Assembly (NCBI GenBank): GCA_963822445.1
Contig: CAWGHO010000003.1
Span: 1-64,000 of the forward strand
DNA length: 64,000 bases
DNA from: an uncultured Acidobacteriota bacterium
GTDB taxonomy: Bacteria; Acidobacteriota; Thermoanaerobaculia; Gp7-AA8
Reading direction: 5' to 3'
The stretch's first letter is position 1, and every line of letters begins with the position of its first letter. The notes under the pieces were generated by a model that saw nothing but the letters and a program-made list of their open reading frames with translations, was not told where the DNA came from and ran no database searches. The position numbers and the translations under genes are program-made. Below, one piece after another: positions 1 to 9,073 of this stretch.

Positions 1-465
1 CGCGCCAATCTCGACGTGCACGAGCTGAAGCCGCGCATGGACTGGTTCGCGCTCGTGCGTACGCTGGTGCTGCTGCCGCTGGCGCTCGCCGGTGCGGTCG
101 TCACGTATCCGACCTACCGTCTCGTGGGCATCCTTGCGAACCGCTTTTCTAAAGGAGAAGGCGCGATGATCGCCACGATGAAGTTCCTCGGCGCGCTCGG
201 TTTGTATCCGCTGACCTTCATCGCTCTTGCAACTCTCATCGGCTGGCGCTTCGGATGGATGGCAGCCGTCGCTTCGCTGATCGTGTTGCCGCTGCTCGGC
301 TACATCACCTTGCGGGTGTTCGAGGAGATCGATGACGTGATCGGCGATGTGCGCGCGCTCGGCCACCGGCTGTTCCGGCGCCACGCCTACCTGCGCCTCG
401 TCACGGCGCGCCGCGCGATTCTCGGAGAGATGGTGGCGGTCGCGCAGGAGATGGACGCTACCTGA
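1..465 (+). CDS. C-terminal membrane part of a protein starting upstream of the window (possibly a phospholipid/glycerol acyltransferase family protein)
   Basis: Frame is open from base 1 (RANLDVHELKP...) with 3-4 hydrophobic helices and TGA at 463-465; no catalytic domain is visible in the window. Confidence 0.45.
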   Translation, partial: RANLDVHELKPRMDWFALVRTLVLLPLALAGAVVTYPTYRLVGILANRFSKGEGAMIATMKFLGALGLYPLTFIALATLIGWRFGWMAAVASLIVLPLLGYITLRVFEEIDDVIGDVRALGHRLFRRHAYLRLVTARRAILGEMVAVAQEMDAT

Positions 466-499
466 TGCGTCCGACCGCGACGAGCGCATCGCGCGCATT

Positions 500-1898
500 C
501 TAGTTCGTCACGATGTGCCACTTCGGCCGCTTCCACGACGCGCGGAACTCCTCCAGGCCGGCCGCTACCGCGCGTTTTGCCCGCTCCTGGCCGTCGAGAA
601 ACAACACGAAGTCGAACTGCTGCGCGGCCGTCCCGTATGTCCGTCGAATTCGCGGACGATCTCGTTCGGCGGCGTGTTGAGGCGATTCATCGTCTTCGTC
701 AGCGGGAGCGAGACGCTGCCTTCGTACGCTTTGTAGACGACTTCGCTGCAGACCAGCGCAGTGTCGGTGTGAAAGTCGAAGTTGAAGTCGTACGGACGGC
801 CGCTGTACGCGAAGCGCGTGCGATGGCGATGGCTTTGTCCCGCTTCGATGCGCGCGGGCGGAGGATGGCCAGCGAGTCCGCCGCCGCCGAATGGTCGAGC
901 GTCGTGAACGAGACTCCTTCGGACACGGCTTCGATTACCTGCGTTGCGCGCGACTTCGCATACGCGGCCGGATGACGATCGCGCAGGTACGCCTCGAAAT
1001 CGCCGTCCGCACGTCCCTGCTCGCGAGCCCAGGCCCTGACCTCGGGATCGTTGAAGTAATTCGCGCGGGCATGCGGAGCACCGATGAATAACGCCGTGTG
1101 CGGCCAGAAACCGGGAAGGCCGATGTTCGACACGTACCATTCACGCCGCTCGAGAAGCACGTCGCCCGGCTCGAGACGCGGCGCCAGTTCCGCGATCTGT
1201 CTGGCGGTGACGAGGAATGTGTGCGCTCGCGCGACGCGGGTGTCGCCCATCCATTCCGCGACGCCCTTCTGAACCGGAAAGAACGCGGTGAACGCCGCGC
1301 TGCGCGCCAGCTTCACGGCGTTCCTGGCGGTCTGAAGCTGCCCTTTTCCGCGGCCCGATTTGAGGATGAACTTCGCATCCTCGTCGATCGCCTCGTCGCG
1401 AACGCCGCTGAGGAAGTAGAGCGATTGCAGTGCGGCGAACTCGGTCGCGCGCGCGACGTTGAGCCATCGCGTCTTCACGCGCGCGTATGTTCCACCTGGA
1501 AGTCCGATGGATGGAACGGGCTCGTTGAGCACCGCGTCGGCGCCGGGAAGCTCGTCGACCGCGTCGATCATCCGAAGTGCGCCGCGATACTGCGCGAGGA
1601 AGGCACCGTACGTGATCTCGATCGAGCGGAGACCTTTCTGATCGCGGTGAAAAGCGCCGACAGAGTCGAGCGCGAGGAGGTAATCGAGAAATGCGCTCCA
1701 CGTCTTTCGCACGCGGTCTTTTTCTTCAGCGGAAAGGAGCTGTTTGTTTTTGCCGCCGCCGATCTCGTTCATCTCTTCGGCGGCAGCGGAGAGTCCTGCG
1801 CGGTAGATCTCCACGGCACGCGCGTCCGAGTCGGCTCGCGACGCGGCGCGCGCGGTAAGGGGCATCAACGCGACGAGCATGGCCAGAACGATGCGCAT
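500..1898 (-). CDS. Secreted YiiX/YebB-like permuted NlpC/P60 (papain-like) cysteine hydrolase, interrupted by two frameshifts
   Basis: Signal peptide MRIVLAMLVALMPLTARA; His before Cys order: LEPGDVLL...FWPHTALF...VIEA, then (shift near 815) GRPYDFNFDF...LVCSEVVYKAY, then (shift near 640) QFDFVLFLDG...WKRPKWHIVTN* with TAG at 500-502. Confidence 0.8.
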
Positions 1899-2788
1899 GG
1901 GTGATGAGTATAGGTATGCCATTCGTTCGGCGCTTCTTGCACCTGCAGCCGCCCTTTCGAATCGCGGCGGATTGGCCACACCGTCTCGCTCTTGTTGCTG
2001 CGGGTGAGACGAAGACGATCCCCCTCGACGGCGTAGTTGCCCTGTTCGGTGATGTTCCCGGCCAGCAGCTGGATCCGCATCGTGAAGCGGCAGTCGTCGC
2101 CGAGGGTCAGGTTCACCGAGGCTGGGCCGATCTGGGTGATGCGGCGGCTTCGCCAGTTGCCGAGGAGGTCTTTCGCCGCGGAACAGGTGCTTTCATTGAG
2201 GCGCGGCAGCGGCAACGGCAGGTCCAGGCTCATGCACGAGGTGAGGAGCAGCGGTGCGAGAAGCACAAGCCGTTTCCTCTGTAATCCGCCGATCACTCCG
2301 ATCAGCGCGCCCGCGAGATGGGCGACCGGAACGGACACGACGTCATCGCCCATGCTGCTGACGAAGATCGTTCCGCCGGTGATGCTTCGAACGCGAGCTT
2401 TGCACGCGAAGGCGATCGCGCAGAGGACGACCGGCCAGGTGAGGCGGCGCCATTCGAGCGTGAGCAGCAGCGCGAACATCGCCGAGGCGAGACCGGAGAG
2501 TCCGCGGTACGCGGTGATGTGCGGCGCGAACGCGAGCACGGCGATGGGGATGAGAAGCGCGCTGGCGAGCAGCGTCGCGTGAAACGCCGGGCGATTCCGC
2601 CGCGCGCACGCGACGGCAAGGGAGGCAAACGCCAGGACATCCCACGCGAGCTGCTCATAAGAGAAATGGGTCAGATGGCAGGTGAAGACGCGCCACGGTT
2701 CGAAGTTGCCGCGCTGGAGCTCGAGGACTCGCCTGGGAGGAAGTGGCGGCGACGGCGAGACGCCGCCACCGCCAACGGCCGTTTTCAC
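1865..2788 (-). CDS. rrtA: Rhombosortase (rhomboid intramembrane serine protease) with an in-frame C-terminal lipoprotein-like module
   Basis: PWRVFTCHLTH, catalytic YRGLSG and VPVAHLAG; lies directly downstream of a GlyGly-CTERM protein; after the rhomboid domain comes KRLVLLAPLLLTSC (lipobox-like) and about 120 soluble aa. Confidence 0.8.
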   Translation of the reverse strand: MKTAVGGGGVSPSPPLPPRRVLELQRGNFEPWRVFTCHLTHFSYEQLAWDVLAFASLAVACARRNRPAFHATLLASALLIPIAVLAFAPHITAYRGLSGLASAMFALLLTLEWRRLTWPVVLCAIAFACKARVRSITGGTIFVSSMGDDVVSVPVAHLAGALIGVIGGLQRKRLVLLAPLLLTSCMSLDLPLPLPRLNESTCSAAKDLLGNWRSRRITQIGPASVNLTLGDDCRFTMRIQLLAGNITEQGNYAVEGDRLRLTRSNKSETVWPIRRDSKGRLQVQEAPNEWHTYTHHPCASFWPCSSR

Positions 2789-2792
2789 GACT

Positions 2793-4774
2793 TCACCTCC
2801 AGAGCACGAACGCCGTGATCAGCGCCATCAACATCGTCCACACATCGAACGCGCCGCCGCCGCGCAGGCCGTGCGAGCGGCCGCTGAACATCGGCCTGGA
2901 CGTATCCGCGCGACGATTCACCGGTGCGGCATTCGAGCGCGCGGCTTGCGCGGTGCGCTCGACCTCGATGCGCTGCTTGTTGTTGCGCGCGATGCCCGTT
3001 TCGCGAACACGTCATCCGCGAGCACGACCATCGAGGTGTAATCGGTCACGAGCTGATACTTCACGCCCATGTCCCGGATCACGTGCTCCGCTTCTTCCGG
3101 CGGAAGCGTGCCGGCCATCTCCTTCATCACGGCCTGCTCGATCCGGTCGAGCGCCCACATCCGCTCGAGCTCCGGGTGTTCCGTGCTCACTTCGGGAAAC
3201 TCGAACGTCGTCGTGTAGGTCTCGTCCTTGCCGGTCAGCTTCGCCTTCAGCGTGACGTTCGCTTCGCCGCCGTTCTTGTATCGCCCGAAAATCACGAGCT
3301 GCTGGCCGCGATAGACCTTTCCGATGGCCTCGTCCGTCTTGTCGAACACCTTCACGCCGTCGACGGTGAGCACAGCGTCGTGCAGGGCCTCGCTGGTGAT
3401 GCGGCTCTTGGCCAGGAGGATCTGCCCAATGATGTCGTCGTCGTTCGAGACCGCCGACGTAGAAGCCGCCGCTGGTCTCCGCGATGAGGCGCATCAGCGG
3501 CCAGTTGGCGTTGTTCCCCATCAGAAAGCCGAAGACGCGCACGTCGTACTGCTTCAGGAGCTTGTGGAACTCCTTCGGATCGACGATGCCCTCGTTCGTG
3601 ACGCCGTCGGTGACGAGAAGAATGCTCGTCGCGCGATCGGCTTCGACTGCTTTCAGCCCTTGATCGAGACCCTCGTAGACATTCGTCCCGCCCTCGGGGC
3701 CCAACTGCTTCACCTTCTGCCGTCCACTCCGCGACTGTAGCGGATTGATCGGAACGAAACCGGAAGTGAGCTCGCGGGCGTTGTCACTGAAGACGAAGAT
3801 GCGAAAGCGGTCGCCCTGTTTCATCTGCCCGAGGGTCTGCGCGACGCCGCTGGCGAGCGTGGCGAGTTTGCCGGCCATGCTGCCGGAGACGTCGAGCACG
3901 AAGATGTAATCGGCGCCGGCGGTGATCGGCGCGAGGTCGATGCCGGGCGTCACGGTGAGCATGAACGTGCCCGGCTCGTTCGCTAGCGGCTTGTACGCGA
4001 GGAACTCCACGCGGCCGGGAAGATCGTCGGCAAGGCGGTAGTAGAAGACGAAGTCCTTGCTCAGGTCACCGCGCTGGCACGATCGAGCGAGACCTTGAAA
4101 TGCCCCTCGCCGAGCTTGTTCACCTTCGCCTCGGCCTCCGCGCCGGGAACGCGTACTTCATCGACCGGCCAGCCCGACTTCAGCTCGACGTTCACCGCGA
4201 AGCGCTGCTCGACTTTCGGATTGCGCGTCCAGAACGACTTCGCCTCCTCGTCCGTGCCGCCGTCCTGCAGCGGATAGATGTAACGGCCGACGCCGGTGTC
4301 GATTTTCAGCGGCTGGTAATAGACGAAGCGGATTTTGGTCTCGCTCTTCGCGCGTACGCGCGACACGGAGAACTTGTAGGACGCGTATTCGATGTCGTCC
4401 TTCTCCTTCACGCAGGCGCATTCGCCGAGGCCCGCGTCGTTGCCGGCGTCGCGCTCCTCCTCGTAGACGCGTTTGGCCTCCTTCGCCTCGATGACCTCTC
4501 CGTTGAGCTCTCGTTCGTTGTTCCAGATGGTGATCTCCGAGAGGCTGGCGCTCGTCGGAACGGGGAAGCCGTAGACGGCCTCGAGGTCCTTGTCGTTCGG
4601 GTTGATGAATATCTGCGTGACTTCCGTTCGCGCGAACCCGTTGTCGATCACGACGTCGACCGTGTGCTCTTTGATCTGAATCGGTTGGTCGGTGGCGTTG
4701 ACCGGCGTGAGCGTGCCGGCCCCGAATGCCGCGGGGGCGATGACCATGACGATGAGTGCGATGATTCGCTTCAT
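2793..4774 (-). CDS. VIT (vault protein inter-alpha-trypsin) plus vWA domain protein with C-terminal GlyGly-CTERM, interrupted by at least 3 frameshifts
   Basis: Signal peptide MKRIIALIVMVIAPAAFG; VIT (VDVVIDNGFARTEVTQIF, LEAVYGFPVP); shift near 4070 to DLSKDFVFYYRL and vWA (FVLDVSGSM, GGTN, LVTDG); shift near 3455 to VSNDDDIIGQ...KYQLVTDYTSMVV; shift near 2997 to ...GLRGGGAFDVWTMLMALITAFVLWR*; AGGAGG at 4780-4785. Confidence 0.85.
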
Positions 4775-4803
4775 GTGGTCCTCCTGTACGGATCCGCCAC
4801 AAG

Positions 4804-4819
4804 AGCGAGCGCGCTGCCA
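4804..4819 (-). promoter_or_regulatory. Sigma54 (-24/-12) promoter for the VIT/rhombosortase operon
   Basis: Minus strand TGGCAGCGCGCTCGCT = GG-N10-GC, about 30 nt upstream of the ATG at 4774 and next to a divergent sigma54 activator. Confidence 0.6.
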
Positions 4820-4879
4820 CGACCGGCTGTCTGTGTTTTCAATGGTTTAGCTCACACGAGATCGAATGCGCCACGCACC

Positions 4880-4901
4880 GGATGTACACTCGTGTGCATC
4901 C
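4880..4901. promoter_or_regulatory. Palindrome, candidate enhancer (UAS) or operator
   Basis: GGATGTACAC-TC-GTGTGCATCC, 10-bp arms with one mismatch; related half-site CACACGAG at 4853-4860. Confidence 0.4.
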
Positions 4902-4902
4902 A

Positions 4903-6342
4903 ATGAACGACGCTACGCTCATTGCCGCGATCTCCGACCTCGTCTACGTCAACCCATTCCTCGAAGAGCGCATTGACCAGGAGCGCCGCATCCTTGGCGA
5001 CGCCTACGTCGAGTCGCAGCCGTACTGGAGCCTCGAGCCGGACCTCGTCCGCAAGGCGAACATCGACCTGATCTCCGCGAAGTGCGCCGATCTCGTCGAG
5101 CGATACGAGCGACGCGGCCGTGTTCCCGAGGACGTGGCTGTTTATTTTCTGTACGAGCAGTACCGGGAGGCATTCCTCGAGCTGATTCAGAACGGACAAC
5201 CCGGACAGCGGGTGACGTTCTACACGCGGTTCAAGAACGACGTCGTGCGGTACATCGGTGATAGCGCGGACGCGCCGCACCTTTTCGCCTGCTTCTTCCA
5301 GGTTCGGCGCGCGTTCCACCACATCTTCAGCAACATCGTCGGGCGTTCGCTCTCCGCCGCGAGGCTTCGCGCATCGGTGTGGCAGTCGATCTTCACTCAC
5401 GACATGCGGCGCTTCCGCCGTTCGGTTTTCGCGCGGATGGGGGACGTGCCGACGCTCATCACCGGTCCGACCGGAACGGGCAAGGAACTGGTGGCGCGCG
5501 CGATCGGCCTGTCGCGCTACGTTCCCTTCGACGAGCGTCGCGAGCGGTTCACCGGCGATCCCGCGGCGACGTTCGTCGGTCTCAATCCTTCCGCGCTGTC
5601 ACCGACGCTCATCGAGTCAGAGCTGTTCGGCCATCGCAAGGGCTCGTTCACCGGCGCGATCTCGGACCACGAGGGCTTCCTCGAGTCGACCGGCTCGCTG
5701 GGCACCGTGTTCCTCGACGAGATCGGCGAGCTCGATCCGGCCATGCAGGTGAAGCTGCTGCGCGTGATTCAGAACCGCACCTTTCAACGTCTCGGCGATA
5801 CGACGCCGCGGCGGTTCGAGGGAAAGTTGATCGCCGCGACGAATCGCGATCTGGCCGCTGAGATCCGCGCCGGACGTTTCCGCGAGGATTTCTTCTACCG
5901 GCTCTGCGGCGACGTGGTCAGCACGCCCGCGCTTCATGAACAGATCGCTGGTAGCGAAAAGGAGTTGACGCATCTGGTGCGATTCATTTCCGCGCGCGTG
6001 GCCGGGGAGGAAGAAGCGGAGGAGCTCACCAGGCAAGTCGTGAATGCGATCGATCGCGATCACCGCTGGCCCGGGAACTTCCGCGAGCTCGAACAGTGCG
6101 TGCGCAGCGTGATGTTGCGCGGCTCGTACGAGCCTGCGTCGATGGCGACGAACAGCGACGCGCGGGAGCGCATCGCCGGCGGCATGCTCTCGGGGTCGTT
6201 CAGCGCCGACGATCTGCTGCGCAACTACTGCACGCTGCTTTACGCGCGGACGCGGAACTATTCGCAGGTGGCCGAGAAGCTCGGCGTCGACCGGCGGACG
6301 GTGCGGGCGAAAGTGGATGTGGATTTGTTGCGCGAGCTTTAG
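4903..6342 (+). CDS. Sigma54-interacting transcriptional activator (bEBP, RtcR-like AAA+ core) with an unrecognised N-terminal domain
   Basis: Walker A GPTGTGKE, ESELFGH.KGSFTGA, Walker B VFLDEIGE, WPGNFRELEQ, C-terminal HTH (YSQVAEKLGVDRRTV); no receiver domain recognised; alternative start 4882. Confidence 0.9.
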   Translation: MNDATLIAAISDLVYVNPFLEERIDQERRILGDAYVESQPYWSLEPDLVRKANIDLISAKCADLVERYERRGRVPEDVAVYFLYEQYREAFLELIQNGQPGQRVTFYTRFKNDVVRYIGDSADAPHLFACFFQVRRAFHHIFSNIVGRSLSAARLRASVWQSIFTHDMRRFRRSVFARMGDVPTLITGPTGTGKELVARAIGLSRYVPFDERRERFTGDPAATFVGLNPSALSPTLIESELFGHRKGSFTGAISDHEGFLESTGSLGTVFLDEIGELDPAMQVKLLRVIQNRTFQRLGDTTPRRFEGKLIAATNRDLAAEIRAGRFREDFFYRLCGDVVSTPALHEQIAGSEKELTHLVRFISARVAGEEEAEELTRQVVNAIDRDHRWPGNFRELEQCVRSVMLRGSYEPASMATNSDARERIAGGMLSGSFSADDLLRNYCTLLYARTRNYSQVAEKLGVDRRTVRAKVDVDLLREL

Positions 6343-6407
6343 GAGTGCGGTGGCAAAGCCACCGCTTTGGGACGTACCAAAGCGGCGGCGATGCCGCCGC
6401 ACTCCTA
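6340..6407. repeat. REP-like palindromic element (GGAGTGCGG family)
   Basis: TAGGAGTGCGG...CCGCACTCCTA terminal inverted repeat with internal hairpins; fills the whole gap between two convergent genes; related copy at 48960-49017. Confidence 0.8.
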
Positions 6408-7919
6408 AAACTGTATGAACTTCAGCACGTCGTCGCGCAGCTTCTTATGCGACGCGCGGTGGATGTACATCATGTGTCCCGCCGGGTAATACGTCGTGGT
6501 CACGTTCTTTCGCAGCTCGGGGTCGATCTGCATCCGCGCGAAGGTGTAGTCCGTCGCGGCGAACGGCGTGGCCAGGTCGTAATACCCGCTGGCGATGAGC
6601 ACGCGCAGGTGCTGGTTCTTGGCCATTGCGCCGCGCAAGGTCTCGCCGACGTCGAGGTAGCGGTTCTGGTAGCGGTCGTAGCTCCAGGGGCGCACCTTGC
6701 CGGTGAGAATTTCGTACGGCAGGTCGGTCTCGAACTTCAGTCCGCGGCGCACCCAGTCGTTGAGCACGGCCGTGTACTCGCCGAAGATCGCCGCGTAGGA
6801 CGGATCGTATTCAGGGTTCTCGCCGGCGGCGTTGAGATCGATACCGATGAAGCGCGAATCGAGACGACCCGCGGTGCGGCGCTCGTTGCGCAGCAGCTCT
6901 TTGTCGAAGCGATTGATGTTGATGCGCAGATTGGTCTGCTCGACGTACGTGGTCGTGAGGCCCGTCAATCTCGCGAGTTTCTGCGCGATCATGCGCCGGT
7001 CGGGATCGGCGAGACGGTCGCCTTGCATCAACGCATTGGTGTATTCGCCGAGGGCGAAACGCTCGGATTCGGCGAGGACGTCTTCGAGTGGACGCTGCTG
7101 CAGCTCGGCGGGAAGGCGCTTGTGATACCAGGCCGTGGCCGTGTAGGTCGGCAGAAAGAGGATGTAGGCGAGGTCGTTTCCGCTGTCGAACCGCGCCGTG
7201 CCGAAGTTGAGGATCGACGAGATCAGCATGATCCCGTTCAGGTAGAAGCCTTCGTCGTGCAGCCAGCCCGCGAGCCCCGCCGCGCGCGTCGTGCCGTAAC
7301 TCTCGCCGGCCAGATATTTCGGTGACCCCCAGCGATTGTGGCGCGTGGTCCAGAGCCGAATCAGCTGGCCGACGGACTCCACGTCCGCTTCGAACCCATG
7401 AAACTTCTTCGCATCGGAGAAGGGGATGGCGCGGCTGAAGCCTGTCGTCACAGGGTCGATGAAGACGAGATCCGTCGCGTCGAGAATCGAAGCTTCGTTG
7501 TCGATGTACCGATACGGCGGTGCCGCGGCGTGGCCGTCGTCATCGGCGTAAACGACGCGCTTCGGGCCGAAGGCGCCCATGTGCAGCCAGACCGAGGAGG
7601 AGCCGGGGCCTCCGTTGAAGGTGAAAGTGACGGGGCGTTTCGCCGGATCGGCGCCGTCGCGCGTGTAGGAAACAACGAAGAAGCTCGCGCGCGGCTCGCC
7701 GTCGTCATTGCGCAGGACGATCGTGCCAGCGCGGGCCGTGTAGTTGATGGTTTCGTTGCCCAGCCGCAGCGTGTGCGACGTGGTCGAGATCTCGTCTCTG
7801 GCGTCCTTCTTTTCTTTCGGCGCATCGGCGGCTTTCCGCTCGACCGTGGCCGTCCGTTCCTGCGCAAAAACAGCCGTTGTAAACAGGACGAGCACGAGTG
7901 CGACGCAGACGTTTCTCAT
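6405..7919 (-). CDS. Secreted serine carboxypeptidase, peptidase S10 family
   Basis: Signal peptide; FNGGPGSSS, FIDPVTTGFS, GESYG nucleophile, GYYDLATP, YPAGHMMY. Confidence 0.92.
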   Translation of the reverse strand: MRNVCVALVLVLFTTAVFAQERTATVERKAADAPKEKKDARDEISTTSHTLRLGNETINYTARAGTIVLRNDDGEPRASFFVVSYTRDGADPAKRPVTFTFNGGPGSSSVWLHMGAFGPKRVVYADDDGHAAAPPYRYIDNEASILDATDLVFIDPVTTGFSRAIPFSDAKKFHGFEADVESVGQLIRLWTTRHNRWGSPKYLAGESYGTTRAAGLAGWLHDEGFYLNGIMLISSILNFGTARFDSGNDLAYILFLPTYTATAWYHKRLPAELQQRPLEDVLAESERFALGEYTNALMQGDRLADPDRRMIAQKLARLTGLTTTYVEQTNLRININRFDKELLRNERRTAGRLDSRFIGIDLNAAGENPEYDPSYAAIFGEYTAVLNDWVRRGLKFETDLPYEILTGKVRPWSYDRYQNRYLDVGETLRGAMAKNQHLRVLIASGYYDLATPFAATDYTFARMQIDPELRKNVTTTYYPAGHMMYIHRASHKKLRDDVLKFIQF

Positions 7920-7988
7920 GATTCGGCGGACCGTAACACAACCCGTGGGCTACGCTGGGGCATCATGCCGCGCTCTATGCCCCGCTCT

Positions 7989-9065
7989 ATGCAACGTACC
8001 GCCATTTTGTTGCTCCTGCTGACTACCGCACTTCCTGCCGCGGCAGCGCGCCGCCGCGCCGTTCGCGCGCTTCCGCAGTACCCGCCGTGCTCGATGATCA
8101 CCGGCACCGCCGCGGTCACCTTCACTTACGACTCCGGCGCGAATCTCGCGCCTGCCGCGGAGACCGGACGCCCGCTCGCATACACGTACGGTCTGGCGGT
8201 GATGATCGACGAACCGGACACGCTGATGGCGTGGCACGGCAACGACCTGCTGATTTCCACCGATGCCGGCTGCAGCTGGCGCGTCGAGGCCTCGAACAGC
8301 GAATGGGATTTCCCGCCGCGGCTCACGCCCGCGCGCGGCGGCCGCATGTACGTCTGGTCGGACAACCGGCTGTTCCTGATGCGCTACGACTCGCGCGGCC
8401 TCATCAAGCTCAAGCCGCCGATCGATTTCATCGGCCTCGGCGTCGACCCCGGCGATGGTGCGCACGTGCGTGCCGCGGGGAACGATGGAACGATATGGGA
8501 GAGCGTGGACGCGGGTGATTCATGGACGAAGATCGGCGCACTGACCAGCGAGCCGGCTCTGTTCTATCGCTTCGTTTTCGATCCGAAGGACCTCGATCAC
8601 ATCGTCGCCGGCACGCTTGCCAGCGGGGCCGCGGTGTCACGCGATGGCGGGAAGAACTGGACGAAGGTCACGCTGGGGACCTCGCGCAGCGCGAATGCAT
8701 TCGAGGTGGTGATCTCGCCCGCGGATTCGAATCGGGTGTGGGTGGAGGGGATCGATCTCGCTGACTCGCGGCGGCACATCTGGGTGTCGAGCGACGGCGG
8801 CACGACGTACGAGGCGGTGGTCGACGAGGCGCCGGGTGTCGATCTGATCAACGGCAACATCATGGCCGCGCATCCGACCAATCCCGACCTGCTGTATTTC
8901 GTGTTCGGCACGCACATCTTCGCGTACGGCACGGACCTCTTCCGATTCGATCTTTCCTCGCGCACGTTGACCGTCGCGCACAACGCGTTCGACGACATCA
9001 ACGCGATCGCGTTTTCGCGGCGGGATCCGAACCTGATGTATCTGGGGATCGAGATGGCGGATTGA
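7989..9065 (+). CDS. Secreted BNR/Asp-box beta-propeller resembling dispase autolysis-inducing protein (DAIP)
   Basis: Signal peptide then RRRAVR; repeated S.D.G..W Asp boxes; segments AVTFTYDSGANLAP, YTYGL, STDAGCSW, FDPKDLDH, AYGTDLFRFD, MYLG match my recollection of Streptomyces mobaraensis DAIP; alternative starts 7965/7977. Confidence 0.75.
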   Translation: MQRTAILLLLLTTALPAAAARRRAVRALPQYPPCSMITGTAAVTFTYDSGANLAPAAETGRPLAYTYGLAVMIDEPDTLMAWHGNDLLISTDAGCSWRVEASNSEWDFPPRLTPARGGRMYVWSDNRLFLMRYDSRGLIKLKPPIDFIGLGVDPGDGAHVRAAGNDGTIWESVDAGDSWTKIGALTSEPALFYRFVFDPKDLDHIVAGTLASGAAVSRDGGKNWTKVTLGTSRSANAFEVVISPADSNRVWVEGIDLADSRRHIWVSSDGGTTYEAVVDEAPGVDLINGNIMAAHPTNPDLLYFVFGTHIFAYGTDLFRFDLSSRTLTVAHNAFDDINAIAFSRRDPNLMYLGIEMAD

Positions 9066-9073
9066 GGGAGCGC

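Noticed and set aside
600-4100. Programmed ribosomal frameshifting in the VIT and YiiX genes
   Set aside because: Too many shifts and no slippery heptamers noticed; sequence error is more parsimonious
7965-7992. 12-bp tandem duplication (MPRS MPRS M)
   Set aside because: Only two copies; merely makes the start codon ambiguous
8040-8070. RRR as a Tat signal
   Set aside because: The arginines follow the hydrophobic region and predicted cleavage site rather than preceding them
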